IMG/VR virus record: IMGVR_UViG_3300037791_000048
Span: 1-30,988 of that record
Length of the DNA: 30,988 nucleotides
Reading direction: 5' to 3' (one strand)
Source of the DNA: a virus
Lineage: Duplodnaviria > Caudoviricetes
Notes under the pieces: model-generated
What the model was told of the DNA's origin: nothing
Database searches by the model: none
The model's input: the letters and a program-made list of their open reading frames with translations, nothing else
Translations under genes and position numbers: made by a program
Shown here: piece after piece, positions 7,301 through 15,309 of the stretch
How the letters are laid out: every line of letters starts with the position of its first letter
Numbering within the stretch: position 1 is the first letter of the stretch

Positions 7301-8623
7301 ATGGCAAAATTACCCAAACTAAAAGGTTCAACACCTCAATACAAGCAGGTTGTACTTCCCACTCAACTTTTCGATGACATCGAGGGGCTTGGCCTCACCA
7401 ACATCCAAAAGAACAAGGCATATCACTTCATCGACTACCTAATGGTACAGTCCGATAGAAAATACGGTATGCCCTACTGCTTCACATCTTTCAGCTACGG
7501 TCTGTTCTTGGAAATCTTCAACTCCAAGTACATGAAGTTTGTCAGACCATTGAAGGAATTGGGCATTATCGATTGTGACGAGGTTTTTTCCGTTGATGGA
7601 AACAAGCCACACAACTATAGGGTACACAAGGATTACTTTACAACCGATGACACCACTACAAAGGTTCAGGTAGCTTACTATTCCAATAAATATGATGATT
7701 CGGATGGAGTCATCACCAAATCCGTGGATTTTATCAAGTCATTGTATATCCCCTATGATGGACTTAGAGAGGCTTTGGAACAAAAGTTATATGACATTGC
7801 CGTTGCCGAGTATGTGACCAACCACGGCATCAAGGAAGAGTCTATCAAGGTGTTCGATGGTGAGAGGCACTACTACATTGGAAAGGACAAAGCAATTGAA
7901 AAGGCAACCAAGTTGGGTGTGGAGGTTTTTGAAGATGGTGGCAAATACTTTTTGATGGACAAGTCCGAGTATAAAAAGATGAAGCTCAACCACATTAAAC
8001 GCTCTTACCAAACTGTAATCGAGAACTTAAGGACTGGGAATATCCATGTGGGCAGGAACAGAACCAACAACCGATTGGACACCAACTTGACCAACATGCC
8101 GAGCTGCCTCTACAATGTCATTGCCGAAGCCAATAACCTTATGCAGGTGGATGCTGTCAACAGCCAATACGCAATCCTTGCGGATATTATGAAAAATGAG
8201 GGCATCGAGAGCGATTTCATCAAGGATGCCCAAGATGGCAACCTCTATGAGAACGTGGAGGAAAAACTCAATTTGAAGGATAGGGATGCAGCCAAGAAGG
8301 GATTGATGCAGGTCATTTTTGCCCCATCGTTTTATGGTGGTGGTTTCAAGGATGGTCTGAAGAAACTCTACCCCGAACTGATTGCTTTTTCCGATGGGTA
8401 TAAGGAAGATAAAGGCCACAACCAACTTGCCATCATGCTTCAAAAGTTCGAGTCGGGAATGTATATCGATGAAATTTCCAATGAACTACAGCAAAACGGT
8501 GTGGAATGTACCTCGAAGCATGATTCGATTATCTGTAGGGCTAGTGATGTTGATGTGGTGTTGGATACGATGAAAGAAAAAATGATGTTGAACGGCTTTG
8601 TATGCCAACTAAAGGCAAGCTAA
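7301..8623 (+). CDS. Minimal single-subunit polymerase-fold protein (T7 RNAP/PolA-like); candidate replication initiator or primase
   Basis: Ordered motifs NNRL-T, QVDAVNSQ (A), RDAAKKGLMQVIF (B), KHDSII (C); ATG at 7301 preferred over the TTG at 7283. Confidence 0.7.
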   Translation: MAKLPKLKGSTPQYKQVVLPTQLFDDIEGLGLTNIQKNKAYHFIDYLMVQSDRKYGMPYCFTSFSYGLFLEIFNSKYMKFVRPLKELGIIDCDEVFSVDGNKPHNYRVHKDYFTTDDTTTKVQVAYYSNKYDDSDGVITKSVDFIKSLYIPYDGLREALEQKLYDIAVAEYVTNHGIKEESIKVFDGERHYYIGKDKAIEKATKLGVEVFEDGGKYFLMDKSEYKKMKLNHIKRSYQTVIENLRTGNIHVGRNRTNNRLDTNLTNMPSCLYNVIAEANNLMQVDAVNSQYAILADIMKNEGIESDFIKDAQDGNLYENVEEKLNLKDRDAAKKGLMQVIFAPSFYGGGFKDGLKKLYPELIAFSDGYKEDKGHNQLAIMLQKFESGMYIDEISNELQQNGVECTSKHDSIICRASDVDVVLDTMKEKMMLNGFVCQLKAS

Positions 8624-8793
8624 TGGACACACCCAAGGAACTATTCACAGAAATCAAGAGGATAACCAAGATGGATTTGGATGTCGATGAAAGGAATGAA
8701 GCGATTTATGATGAAATCAACTGCTTCATAAAAAGGTATCCCGAACACACGAAATACATCGAAAACTACTTGAAGAAAACAAATAACAACTAA
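8623..8793 (+). CDS. Hypothetical protein (56 aa)
   Basis: TAATG coupling to the upstream stop; begins MDTPKELF. Confidence 0.65.
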   Translation: MDTPKELFTEIKRITKMDLDVDERNEAIYDEINCFIKRYPEHTKYIENYLKKTNNN

Positions 8794-8805
8794 ACAAACC
8801 TAGAA

Positions 8806-9321
8806 ATGGAAAACGAAAACTGGAAGGATATACCAAACTTCCCCAATTACCAAATCAGCACCCTTGGAAGGGTCAAATCAAAGAAGAGAACTGCTAGAAG
8901 TAGGGAAAAATTGCTTAAACAACAAAAGCATCCTAAAGGATACCGTATCGTAAGGTTGTTCAAGGATGGTGAGGGAACTCAGTTCCTAGTCCATAGGCTT
9001 ATGGGGATTGTTTTCTTTGGAGTCCATACCGAGCTGGGCAAAACCACCATTGACCATGACAATGGAATCAAGAGTGACAACAGGCTTTCCAACCTAAAGG
9101 TAATGAGCCATAGGTCAAACATCTCCAAAGGCTATTTGGAAAAGGAAACAACCAGTAAATACACTGGTGTCAGTAGACTCCCAAATGGAAGCTATTCGGC
9201 AAGGATATGCAACAACGGTGTGCAGAACTATATTGGGACATTCCCAAATGAAGAGGATGCACATTTGGCCTACCAATTGGAACTCAACAAAATCATCGAA
9301 CCCAAAAGAGTTGCTGCATAA
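8806..9321 (+). CDS. NUMOD4-HNH-AP2 endonuclease
   Basis: WKDIPNFPNYQISTLGRVKS (NUMOD4); VHRL...IDHDNGIKSDNRLSNL (HNH); SKYTGV...IGTFPNEEDAHLAY (AP2-like). Confidence 0.9.
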   Translation: MENENWKDIPNFPNYQISTLGRVKSKKRTARSREKLLKQQKHPKGYRIVRLFKDGEGTQFLVHRLMGIVFFGVHTELGKTTIDHDNGIKSDNRLSNLKVMSHRSNISKGYLEKETTSKYTGVSRLPNGSYSARICNNGVQNYIGTFPNEEDAHLAYQLELNKIIEPKRVAA

Positions 9322-9821
9322 TGGACTTTAATGAGCTTACCACCACAAAGAAAGGAACATTGGGTGAGATGATATGCAAGAACCATTTTGAAGATAAGGG
9401 GCTTGTTGTGATGATTCCCGTCACAGAGGCTGCACACGCTTTTGACATGATGGTTTGGGAAGGGAAAACAAACCCGATTATAGTGGACATCAAAACCAAG
9501 GCTTCTAGGCTGCACTACCCTGATACTGGATTCGATACTCCTGACTTTGAAAAGTACTTGGAGGTTTCCGAGAAGCACAACATGAGGGTGGTGATATTCT
9601 TTGTTGATGAGGTAAGGAAAGAAATCTACTATGCACCACTGGACAAACTGGTTGAGCCTGTGACCATAGTACATAAGGGCAAGGAACTGCATTACCCATT
9701 TGAAAAGTGGGGCATCACATTCTTCCCTTTGGAATCCATGAAAAAGCTATGTGATTTGACCGATGAACAGGTCAAGGAGCTTAAAGAACTGACCAACAGC
9801 AACTACAACTATGCAGCATAA
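9321..9821 (+). CDS. PD-(D/E)XK family nuclease
   Basis: KGTLGE...AFD...IVDIKTK motif. Confidence 0.75.
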   Translation: MDFNELTTTKKGTLGEMICKNHFEDKGLVVMIPVTEAAHAFDMMVWEGKTNPIIVDIKTKASRLHYPDTGFDTPDFEKYLEVSEKHNMRVVIFFVDEVRKEIYYAPLDKLVEPVTIVHKGKELHYPFEKWGITFFPLESMKKLCDLTDEQVKELKELTNSNYNYAA

Positions 9822-9955
9822 TGAGTGAACTGACCGAACAAAAACAAAAGAACGAAAAAATGATTGACCAAATCTTCAAGAAACTAGATGCACTGGAAGC
9901 GAAGCTGAGTTTGGTAATCCAATCAATCAATGAACAATTAACCAAAGAACGATGA
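9821..9955 (+). CDS. Small coiled-coil protein (44 aa); absent from the ORF track
   Basis: MSELTEQKQKNEKMIDQIFKKLDALEAKLSLVIQSINEQLTKER; TAATG and ATGA overlaps on both sides. Confidence 0.7.
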   Translation: MSELTEQKQKNEKMIDQIFKKLDALEAKLSLVIQSINEQLTKER

Positions 9956-10449
9956 ACGAATACTGGTATGATATTGAAGGGTTTCCCAATTACCAAATAA
10001 GCGACCAAAAGAGAGTGAGAATGGTGGAGCATGAAAGCACATGCACCTACAACTATCCTGAAAGGATTTGGGAGCGTAAGAAAACCCATGCCCTATTCCT
10101 TGATGGCAAACTATTCAACAGGAGCAGCAATAGGTTGTTGAAGGAAAACTTTACCGATGTGGAACTAGAATCCATGGAAGAGCTTTGGAAGCCTGTACAG
10201 GGCTTTGAAGGTTTTGAGGTGTCCAACCGTGGGAGGCTGAAAAGATTGTCCCGTACAACCGAATTCAAAAGGCACAAGGCCGAAAGCATTCTGACCCAAA
10301 CCCCAATAGGTACAGTGGGAATGGTTGGGGGCAATCCTAGAAAACTGCACACGAGGTCAGTGGAAAAACTATACAGGCAAATAGTTTTAAATCAAGATGT
10401 TACACCAAAACAGAGCAAACATAGAAGAGTGAGAAAAATCCATTTCTAA
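9952..10449 (+). CDS. Tandem NUMOD4-motif protein
   Basis: WYDIEGFPNYQISDQKRVR and WKPVQGFEGFEVSNRGRLKR; no HNH motif seen. Confidence 0.8.
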   Translation: MNEYWYDIEGFPNYQISDQKRVRMVEHESTCTYNYPERIWERKKTHALFLDGKLFNRSSNRLLKENFTDVELESMEELWKPVQGFEGFEVSNRGRLKRLSRTTEFKRHKAESILTQTPIGTVGMVGGNPRKLHTRSVEKLYRQIVLNQDVTPKQSKHRRVRKIHF

Positions 10450-10492
10450 AAATATCAAACCAATCCCAAATCAAATAAACGAGAACCACAAC

Positions 10493-10750
10493 ATGCGAAA
10501 AATCAATGAGTTAGAGAGCTTTGAGAAGCCTCAACATGTAATCAACCTACTTAGTTACCAAAAATCATTTGAAACCTTCATTGCGACCATCAAGAACATC
10601 ATAGGGGCTTCCCTATATGTCCACAGGGATGGGGAAACATCAATTGCCTTTAGAGGTAAAGTTATTGATGGTACTAAAAAGAAGAGATTCGATAACCCTG
10701 AAGAGCTTGACCTACTGCTAAGAATGGCAGGGTTGAATCAATCCAAATAG
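10493..10750 (+). CDS. Hypothetical protein
   Basis: 85-aa ORF in operon orientation. Confidence 0.65.
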   Translation: MRKINELESFEKPQHVINLLSYQKSFETFIATIKNIIGASLYVHRDGETSIAFRGKVIDGTKKKRFDNPEELDLLLRMAGLNQSK

Positions 10751-10828
10751 CACTCCATTATTAATTAGTTGTTGATTGTGGGCTGGGTAGCCTCTGAGCG
10801 TAAAATCCCAGCCCTATAATAAATCCAT

Positions 10829-10849
10829 CCCAAATCCAACCGAAAATGA
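10829..10849 (+). repeat. 21-bp direct repeat, copy 1 (CCCAAATCCAACCGAAAATGA)
   Basis: Identical to 11810-11830; contains the start codon. Confidence 0.85.
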
Positions 10850-11382
10850 AAGAAACCGAAATCTCCCAAAAAAGCCCCAAATCTGTTCCTTTATTAGAGC
10901 CAAATCTTAGTAGCCTGAGCCAATACCATGAGGTTTGGTTCAAAATGGCATGTAAGATTATCAGTAAGAAAGATTGTGAGGATGAAGCCAATGAGCTTCT
11001 TCAAGAAACATATCTGAAACTGCATGAACACTTTAAAAAGAATGAGGTTGATTCCATTTCCAGCCTATTTGTATACAAGTCCATACGAAATCTTTACTAC
11101 AACCTTCAAACAAAAAAGCAGTATGAGTTTGCAACTGATGAAATGGCAGTATTTGAATCAATTGATGAGTCCACGGAATCATTGGAACTCAGAAAAATGA
11201 TGGTTGAGGCTCTTGATGAAATCCCATATCTCGAAAGGGAGGTACTACTACAGCATCAGGAAAAGTCACAAAGGCAACTACAGCGTGAAACAGGTGTTTG
11301 CAGGGACAGGTTGAGAGTCCACAAGAACCGTGGAATGAACAAACTAAAGAAAATCGTAAAGGAAAAACTTAAAACAGCTTAA
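10846..11382 (+). CDS. ECF-like sigma-70 factor (phage late sigma candidate)
   Basis: Region 2-like EANELLQETYLKL...IRNLYYN; region 4-like ALDEIPYLEREVL...SQRQLQRETGV helix-turn-helix. Confidence 0.8.
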   Translation: MKETEISQKSPKSVPLLEPNLSSLSQYHEVWFKMACKIISKKDCEDEANELLQETYLKLHEHFKKNEVDSISSLFVYKSIRNLYYNLQTKKQYEFATDEMAVFESIDESTESLELRKMMVEALDEIPYLEREVLLQHQEKSQRQLQRETGVCRDRLRVHKNRGMNKLKKIVKEKLKTA

Positions 11383-11384
11383 AG

Positions 11385-11801
11385 ATGGCAACGAAACGAA
11401 AAATGAAGAGAACCAAAAAACCTACAAAACCAAGTCAGGGTCTAGGAGATGACATTGAGAAAATCACTGAGGCCACTGGTATCAAGAAAGTGGTGGAACT
11501 GTTCACCCCTGAAGGAAAGGATTGCGGTTGTGAGAAGAGAAAAGAGAAGTTGAACAAGATGTTCCCAAAGAACAAGCCCAACTGTTTCAACCAAGAGCAG
11601 TTTGAAGATTGGACATCGGCCTCCAAAGAAATTGAAGAAACCAATACCATATCAGCAGAAACCCAAAACAAGATAATCTTCTACCTAAGAATGATTCTGA
11701 ACATGAGTGTTTCTGCCAACAACTGCAAATCTTGCAGTCCTAGTATTTGGAAGCGATATATATCCATGCTGAATGATGTGGCCTCAACCTACGAACAATA
11801 A
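11385..11801 (+). CDS. Cys-rich hypothetical phage protein
   Basis: GLGDDIEKITEATGIK, DCGC and CKSC motifs. Confidence 0.8.
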   Translation: MATKRKMKRTKKPTKPSQGLGDDIEKITEATGIKKVVELFTPEGKDCGCEKRKEKLNKMFPKNKPNCFNQEQFEDWTSASKEIEETNTISAETQNKIIFYLRMILNMSVSANNCKSCSPSIWKRYISMLNDVASTYEQ

Positions 11802-11809
11802 GAGAATAC

Positions 11810-11830
11810 CCCAAATCCAACCGAAAATGA
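11810..11830 (+). repeat. 21-bp direct repeat, copy 2
   Basis: Identical to 10829-10849. Confidence 0.85.
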
Positions 11831-12288
11831 GCAAGCAAAATAAAACCAAAGGAATTCAGGATAAGAAAACAGGGCAAATGAATGGTTCTGAAAAGAACAA
11901 TACCCCTGAAGAGATTCTTGAAGCCTTTCACGCCTATATGGAAGTCACAAAGGCCAATCCGAAAATCAAACAAGTCCCTAATACCAAAACAAACTCCATT
12001 ATCACTTTAGAAATGGAAGTCCCATTCACAAAAACTGGATTTATCATCTATTTGGCAAAAAAGGGTATCACAAAAAATGGCAGGGAGATTCTTTACAACA
12101 GGGATAACAGATATTCCGAGTTCAAAGAAGTAATCGATTACATTGACCTTGTGACCTACGATGACCAATTGAGTGGAGCAATTGCAGGTGTGTTCAACAA
12201 CAATGTGGTTATCAGAAACTTGGGTCTGAGCGATAAGCAGGAGGTCAAGTCAGAGGAAAAAATTGTGGTTGACTTTAATGAAGATTAG
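11827..12288 (+). CDS. terS: Terminase small subunit (P22 gp3-like)
   Basis: QLSGAIAGVFNNNVVIRNLGLSDKQE motif; immediately precedes TerL; start moved to ATG 11827. Confidence 0.8.
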   Translation: MSKQNKTKGIQDKKTGQMNGSEKNNTPEEILEAFHAYMEVTKANPKIKQVPNTKTNSIITLEMEVPFTKTGFIIYLAKKGITKNGREILYNRDNRYSEFKEVIDYIDLVTYDDQLSGAIAGVFNNNVVIRNLGLSDKQEVKSEEKIVVDFNED

Positions 12289-13549
12289 TGTAAACAAACC
12301 ACGCCTTACCGATTACCAAAAATCCTTCCTATACAACAATTCCCGATTTACGATAATAACTGCCTCCACCAAAGTAGGGAAAACCTTTAGCTGTATATGG
12401 TGGCTTTTTGAACAGGCACACCTCCCAACAGCCAAGGAAGGGTTTAACTACTGGTGGATTGCACCGACTTACAGTCAAGCCCAAATTGCATTCAACAGGA
12501 TGAAGCGAAAGGTGAATAAATCCAAGGCTTACACGGTCAATAAGAACGAACTTATCATTTACTGCCCTAACGGTGCAGAAATCCACTTTAAAACAGCTTC
12601 TGACCCCGATAACCTTTATGGAGAAGATGTACATGCATTGGTATTCGATGAATGTGGTAGGGCAAGTGAAGAAGCATGGTTCGCATTGCGTTCCACCATC
12701 ACTGCCACAAATGCCCCTGCCAAACTGATAGGGAACTTTGGTGGAGCATCAAATTGGGTGACCAAACTGGTTGAAAGAACCAAGGATGACCCCAATTATT
12801 CCTTCCACAAAATCACTGCCTACGATGCTGTTGATGCTGGAATCCTTTCACTGGAAGAAGTGGAACAGGCCAAAAGGGATTTGCCTGAAGAAGTGTTTAA
12901 ATCCCTGTATCTAGCCGAGGGTGGAAATGATGAGAGCAGATTGATACAGGATGAAAGCCTTAAAAAGTTACCATACAACGATGGTGCCGATGGCATCAAA
13001 TATCTTACTGGTGACATTGCGAGGTTTGGAGCAGATAAAACCGTCCTTTTTGTGTGGTCAGGTCTAAAGGTTATTGATTGGGTGGTAATCGATAAATCCA
13101 GCCTTACAGATGTTGCATCCCAAATCCAACTTTTGAGAACCAAGTACAATATCAACCTACAGAACATCATACTGGATGAGAATGGTATTGGTGGTGGTGT
13201 AATCGATATGATTGGTTGTCGAGGCTTTGTGAACAATGCCCGTCCAGTAGAGGTCAATGGTGAGATGAAAAACTTCGATAGCCTTAAATCACAATGCTAC
13301 ATCAAATTGGCTGAAATGATTAATGCCAACATGTTGAACGTATCCCTTCCCCACACAATTATGAAGGATTTGATTCAGGAACTGGAACAGGTCAAGCTTG
13401 CAGCCATGCCCGATATACAGAAGTTGAAGATTATCAGTAAAGAGGTAATCAAAAAAATCATAGGCCGTTCACCTGACTTTTCCGATGCACTTATGATGCG
13501 TATGTTCTTTGAACTCAACCCAAACTATGGGATGTACCACATACGCTAA
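12278..13549 (+). CDS. terL: Terminase large subunit
   Basis: Walker A ASTKVGKT, Walker B LVFDE, nuclease motifs GDIARFGAD and SPDFSDA. Confidence 0.93.
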   Translation: MKISVNKPRLTDYQKSFLYNNSRFTIITASTKVGKTFSCIWWLFEQAHLPTAKEGFNYWWIAPTYSQAQIAFNRMKRKVNKSKAYTVNKNELIIYCPNGAEIHFKTASDPDNLYGEDVHALVFDECGRASEEAWFALRSTITATNAPAKLIGNFGGASNWVTKLVERTKDDPNYSFHKITAYDAVDAGILSLEEVEQAKRDLPEEVFKSLYLAEGGNDESRLIQDESLKKLPYNDGADGIKYLTGDIARFGADKTVLFVWSGLKVIDWVVIDKSSLTDVASQIQLLRTKYNINLQNIILDENGIGGGVIDMIGCRGFVNNARPVEVNGEMKNFDSLKSQCYIKLAEMINANMLNVSLPHTIMKDLIQELEQVKLAAMPDIQKLKIISKEVIKKIIGRSPDFSDALMMRMFFELNPNYGMYHIR

Positions 13550-13566
13550 TACACTTCCCCAAAACT

Positions 13567-13597
13567 CTTCCAAATTACAACCGATTTTGTTTCCTAT
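13567..13597 (+). promoter_or_regulatory. Putative late promoter 1 (CTTCCA-N15-TGTTTCCTAT)
   Basis: One of three copies with identical boxes and spacing; 2 nt before ATG 13600. Confidence 0.75.
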
Positions 13598-13599
13598 GT

Positions 13600-14289
13600 A
13601 TGAAGCAAAAGATAACCATACCCGAAAGTTTGAGCGATTTGACCTTGGAGCAGTACCAAAAGTTCCTAAAGGTGGTCGATACAAATACGGATGAAGTATT
13701 CATTGGTCAAAAAATGGTACAAATCTTCTGTGATGTACCCTTATTGAGTGTTGAACACATGGCAAAAAAGGATTTTGAAGAAATCACAGCCATATTGACC
13801 AACATACTCAACCAAACACCTGAATTTAAACCAACATTTGAGTTCAAAGGTGAAGAATATGGGTTCATTCCCAACTTGAACGATGACATCAAGATGGGTG
13901 AGTTTGTTGATTTGGACAACCTTGCAGGGGATTGGGATGAAATGGTTCAGTTTATGAGCATCATATACCGTCCCATTACCAAGAAAATGGGTAAAAAGTA
14001 CCTCATAGAGCCTTATGAGGCCAAGAAATTCGATGAATTCAAAGATTTGCCTTTGGACATTGTGATTTCCACACAGCTTTTTTTTTGGAGTTTAGGGAGC
14101 AAATTACTTCAACATACACTCAACTCTGGACAAAATCTTCTACAGAACAAGAGGGTACGGGAGAAATTACAGAATCATTTGGAACTCGATGGGGCTGGTA
14201 CAGCTCAATTACTGAACTCGCTGGAAATGACTTCACAAAAATTGATGCAATCCTTGAATCAAAGCTTCATCCCTGCCTATTTCATCTAA
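13600..14289 (+). CDS. Probable tail assembly chaperone (0-frame product)
   Basis: 229 aa; first gene of the tail block; contains a T9 slippery run at 14078-14086. Confidence 0.65.
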   Translation: MKQKITIPESLSDLTLEQYQKFLKVVDTNTDEVFIGQKMVQIFCDVPLLSVEHMAKKDFEEITAILTNILNQTPEFKPTFEFKGEEYGFIPNLNDDIKMGEFVDLDNLAGDWDEMVQFMSIIYRPITKKMGKKYLIEPYEAKKFDEFKDLPLDIVISTQLFFWSLGSKLLQHTLNSGQNLLQNKRVREKLQNHLELDGAGTAQLLNSLEMTSQKLMQSLNQSFIPAYFI

Positions 14290-14357
14290 CCTACCTAAAG
14301 GATAAGGCCGAAACAGAGGCAGCACTATTTAACAATCAAAGAAAACAAAGGAAATAA
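14085..14357 (+). CDS. -1 frame extension of the tail chaperone (GT-like fusion C-terminus)
   Basis: Its only candidate start is a TTG inside the T9 run; FGTRWGWYSSI...YLKDK; stop overlaps the next ATG. Confidence 0.7.
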   Translation: MEFREQITSTYTQLWTKSSTEQEGTGEITESFGTRWGWYSSITELAGNDFTKIDAILESKLHPCLFHLTYLKDKAETEAALFNNQRKQRK

Positions 14358-14806
14358 TGAGGAATTACTATCAAGTACTAGAAATGTTGAAGGGCTTTTT
14401 GGAAGCTGACCCTTTGGTCAATACCATTACCAATGTGGATGAAGAGGTTTTCGATTTGGACAAAAAGAACATCTACCCAATAGTGGACATATTGTGTGAA
14501 AATGCAGTGATTGACCTTCAAACGGTAACCTTCAATTTCACCATCACAGTATTGGACATCAGGGATATTAGCAACAAGCCAAGGGAAAGCAAATTCTATG
14601 GTAACGATAACAAACAGGATAACCTAAATACAACTTTGGCAATCCTCAACAGGCTGTACAAGAACATTGCAAAGCTTGGAGATGAATTTACAATTGTGAA
14701 TGAACCAACACCCGAACCAAGGGTGTACCAGCATCAGAACCTCTTGGATGGATGGCAGATGACCCTTGAAATAGAAACCCCAAATACCGAATTGGCTGTA
14801 TGCTAA
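14357..14806 (+). CDS. Virion protein, possible tail terminator
   Basis: 149 aa; size, acidity and position. Confidence 0.5.
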   Translation: MRNYYQVLEMLKGFLEADPLVNTITNVDEEVFDLDKKNIYPIVDILCENAVIDLQTVTFNFTITVLDIRDISNKPRESKFYGNDNKQDNLNTTLAILNRLYKNIAKLGDEFTIVNEPTPEPRVYQHQNLLDGWQMTLEIETPNTELAVC

Positions 14807-15309
14807 AGGTTGTTCCCGAACATACTGAGAAAGTACTGTCCCGATTTGGAAAAGAGGTCGTAAGGGAATCCAAGAAGAAGCTTAAACAAAAGAAAAAGAA
14901 CGCTTCAGGTAAGCTTTCCAAGTCGATTGGATATGATTTGAACGTTTCCAAAAACTCCTTTGGGATGTCCTTTGAAATGGAGGATTATGGAGAATACCAG
15001 GACAGAGGTGTATCGGGATTCCTAAAAAAATATGACACCCCCTTTAGTTATAGGGACAAACGCCCACCATTATCGGCACTGGATAAGTGGATTGTAAGAA
15101 GGGGAATTGCACCAAAGGATGAAAAAGGGAGGTTCATGTCAAGGAAATCCATTCAGTTCCTGATTTCAAGAAAGATATTCTTCGAGGGTATTGAGCCAAG
15201 TCTATTCTTCACAGAGCCTTTTGAGAAAGCTTTCAAAGGGTTGCCCAATGAGATTGTTGAAGCATTTGGTTTGGATGTCGAAACCTTTTTAAAACAAACA
15301 CTTAAATGA
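14800..15309 (+). CDS. Tail completion/neck protein (HK97 gp10-like)
   Basis: Basic protein with ASGKLSKSI, YGEYQDRG and P-x-x-FFTEPF motifs. Confidence 0.55.
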   Translation: MLKVVPEHTEKVLSRFGKEVVRESKKKLKQKKKNASGKLSKSIGYDLNVSKNSFGMSFEMEDYGEYQDRGVSGFLKKYDTPFSYRDKRPPLSALDKWIVRRGIAPKDEKGRFMSRKSIQFLISRKIFFEGIEPSLFFTEPFEKAFKGLPNEIVEAFGLDVETFLKQTLK

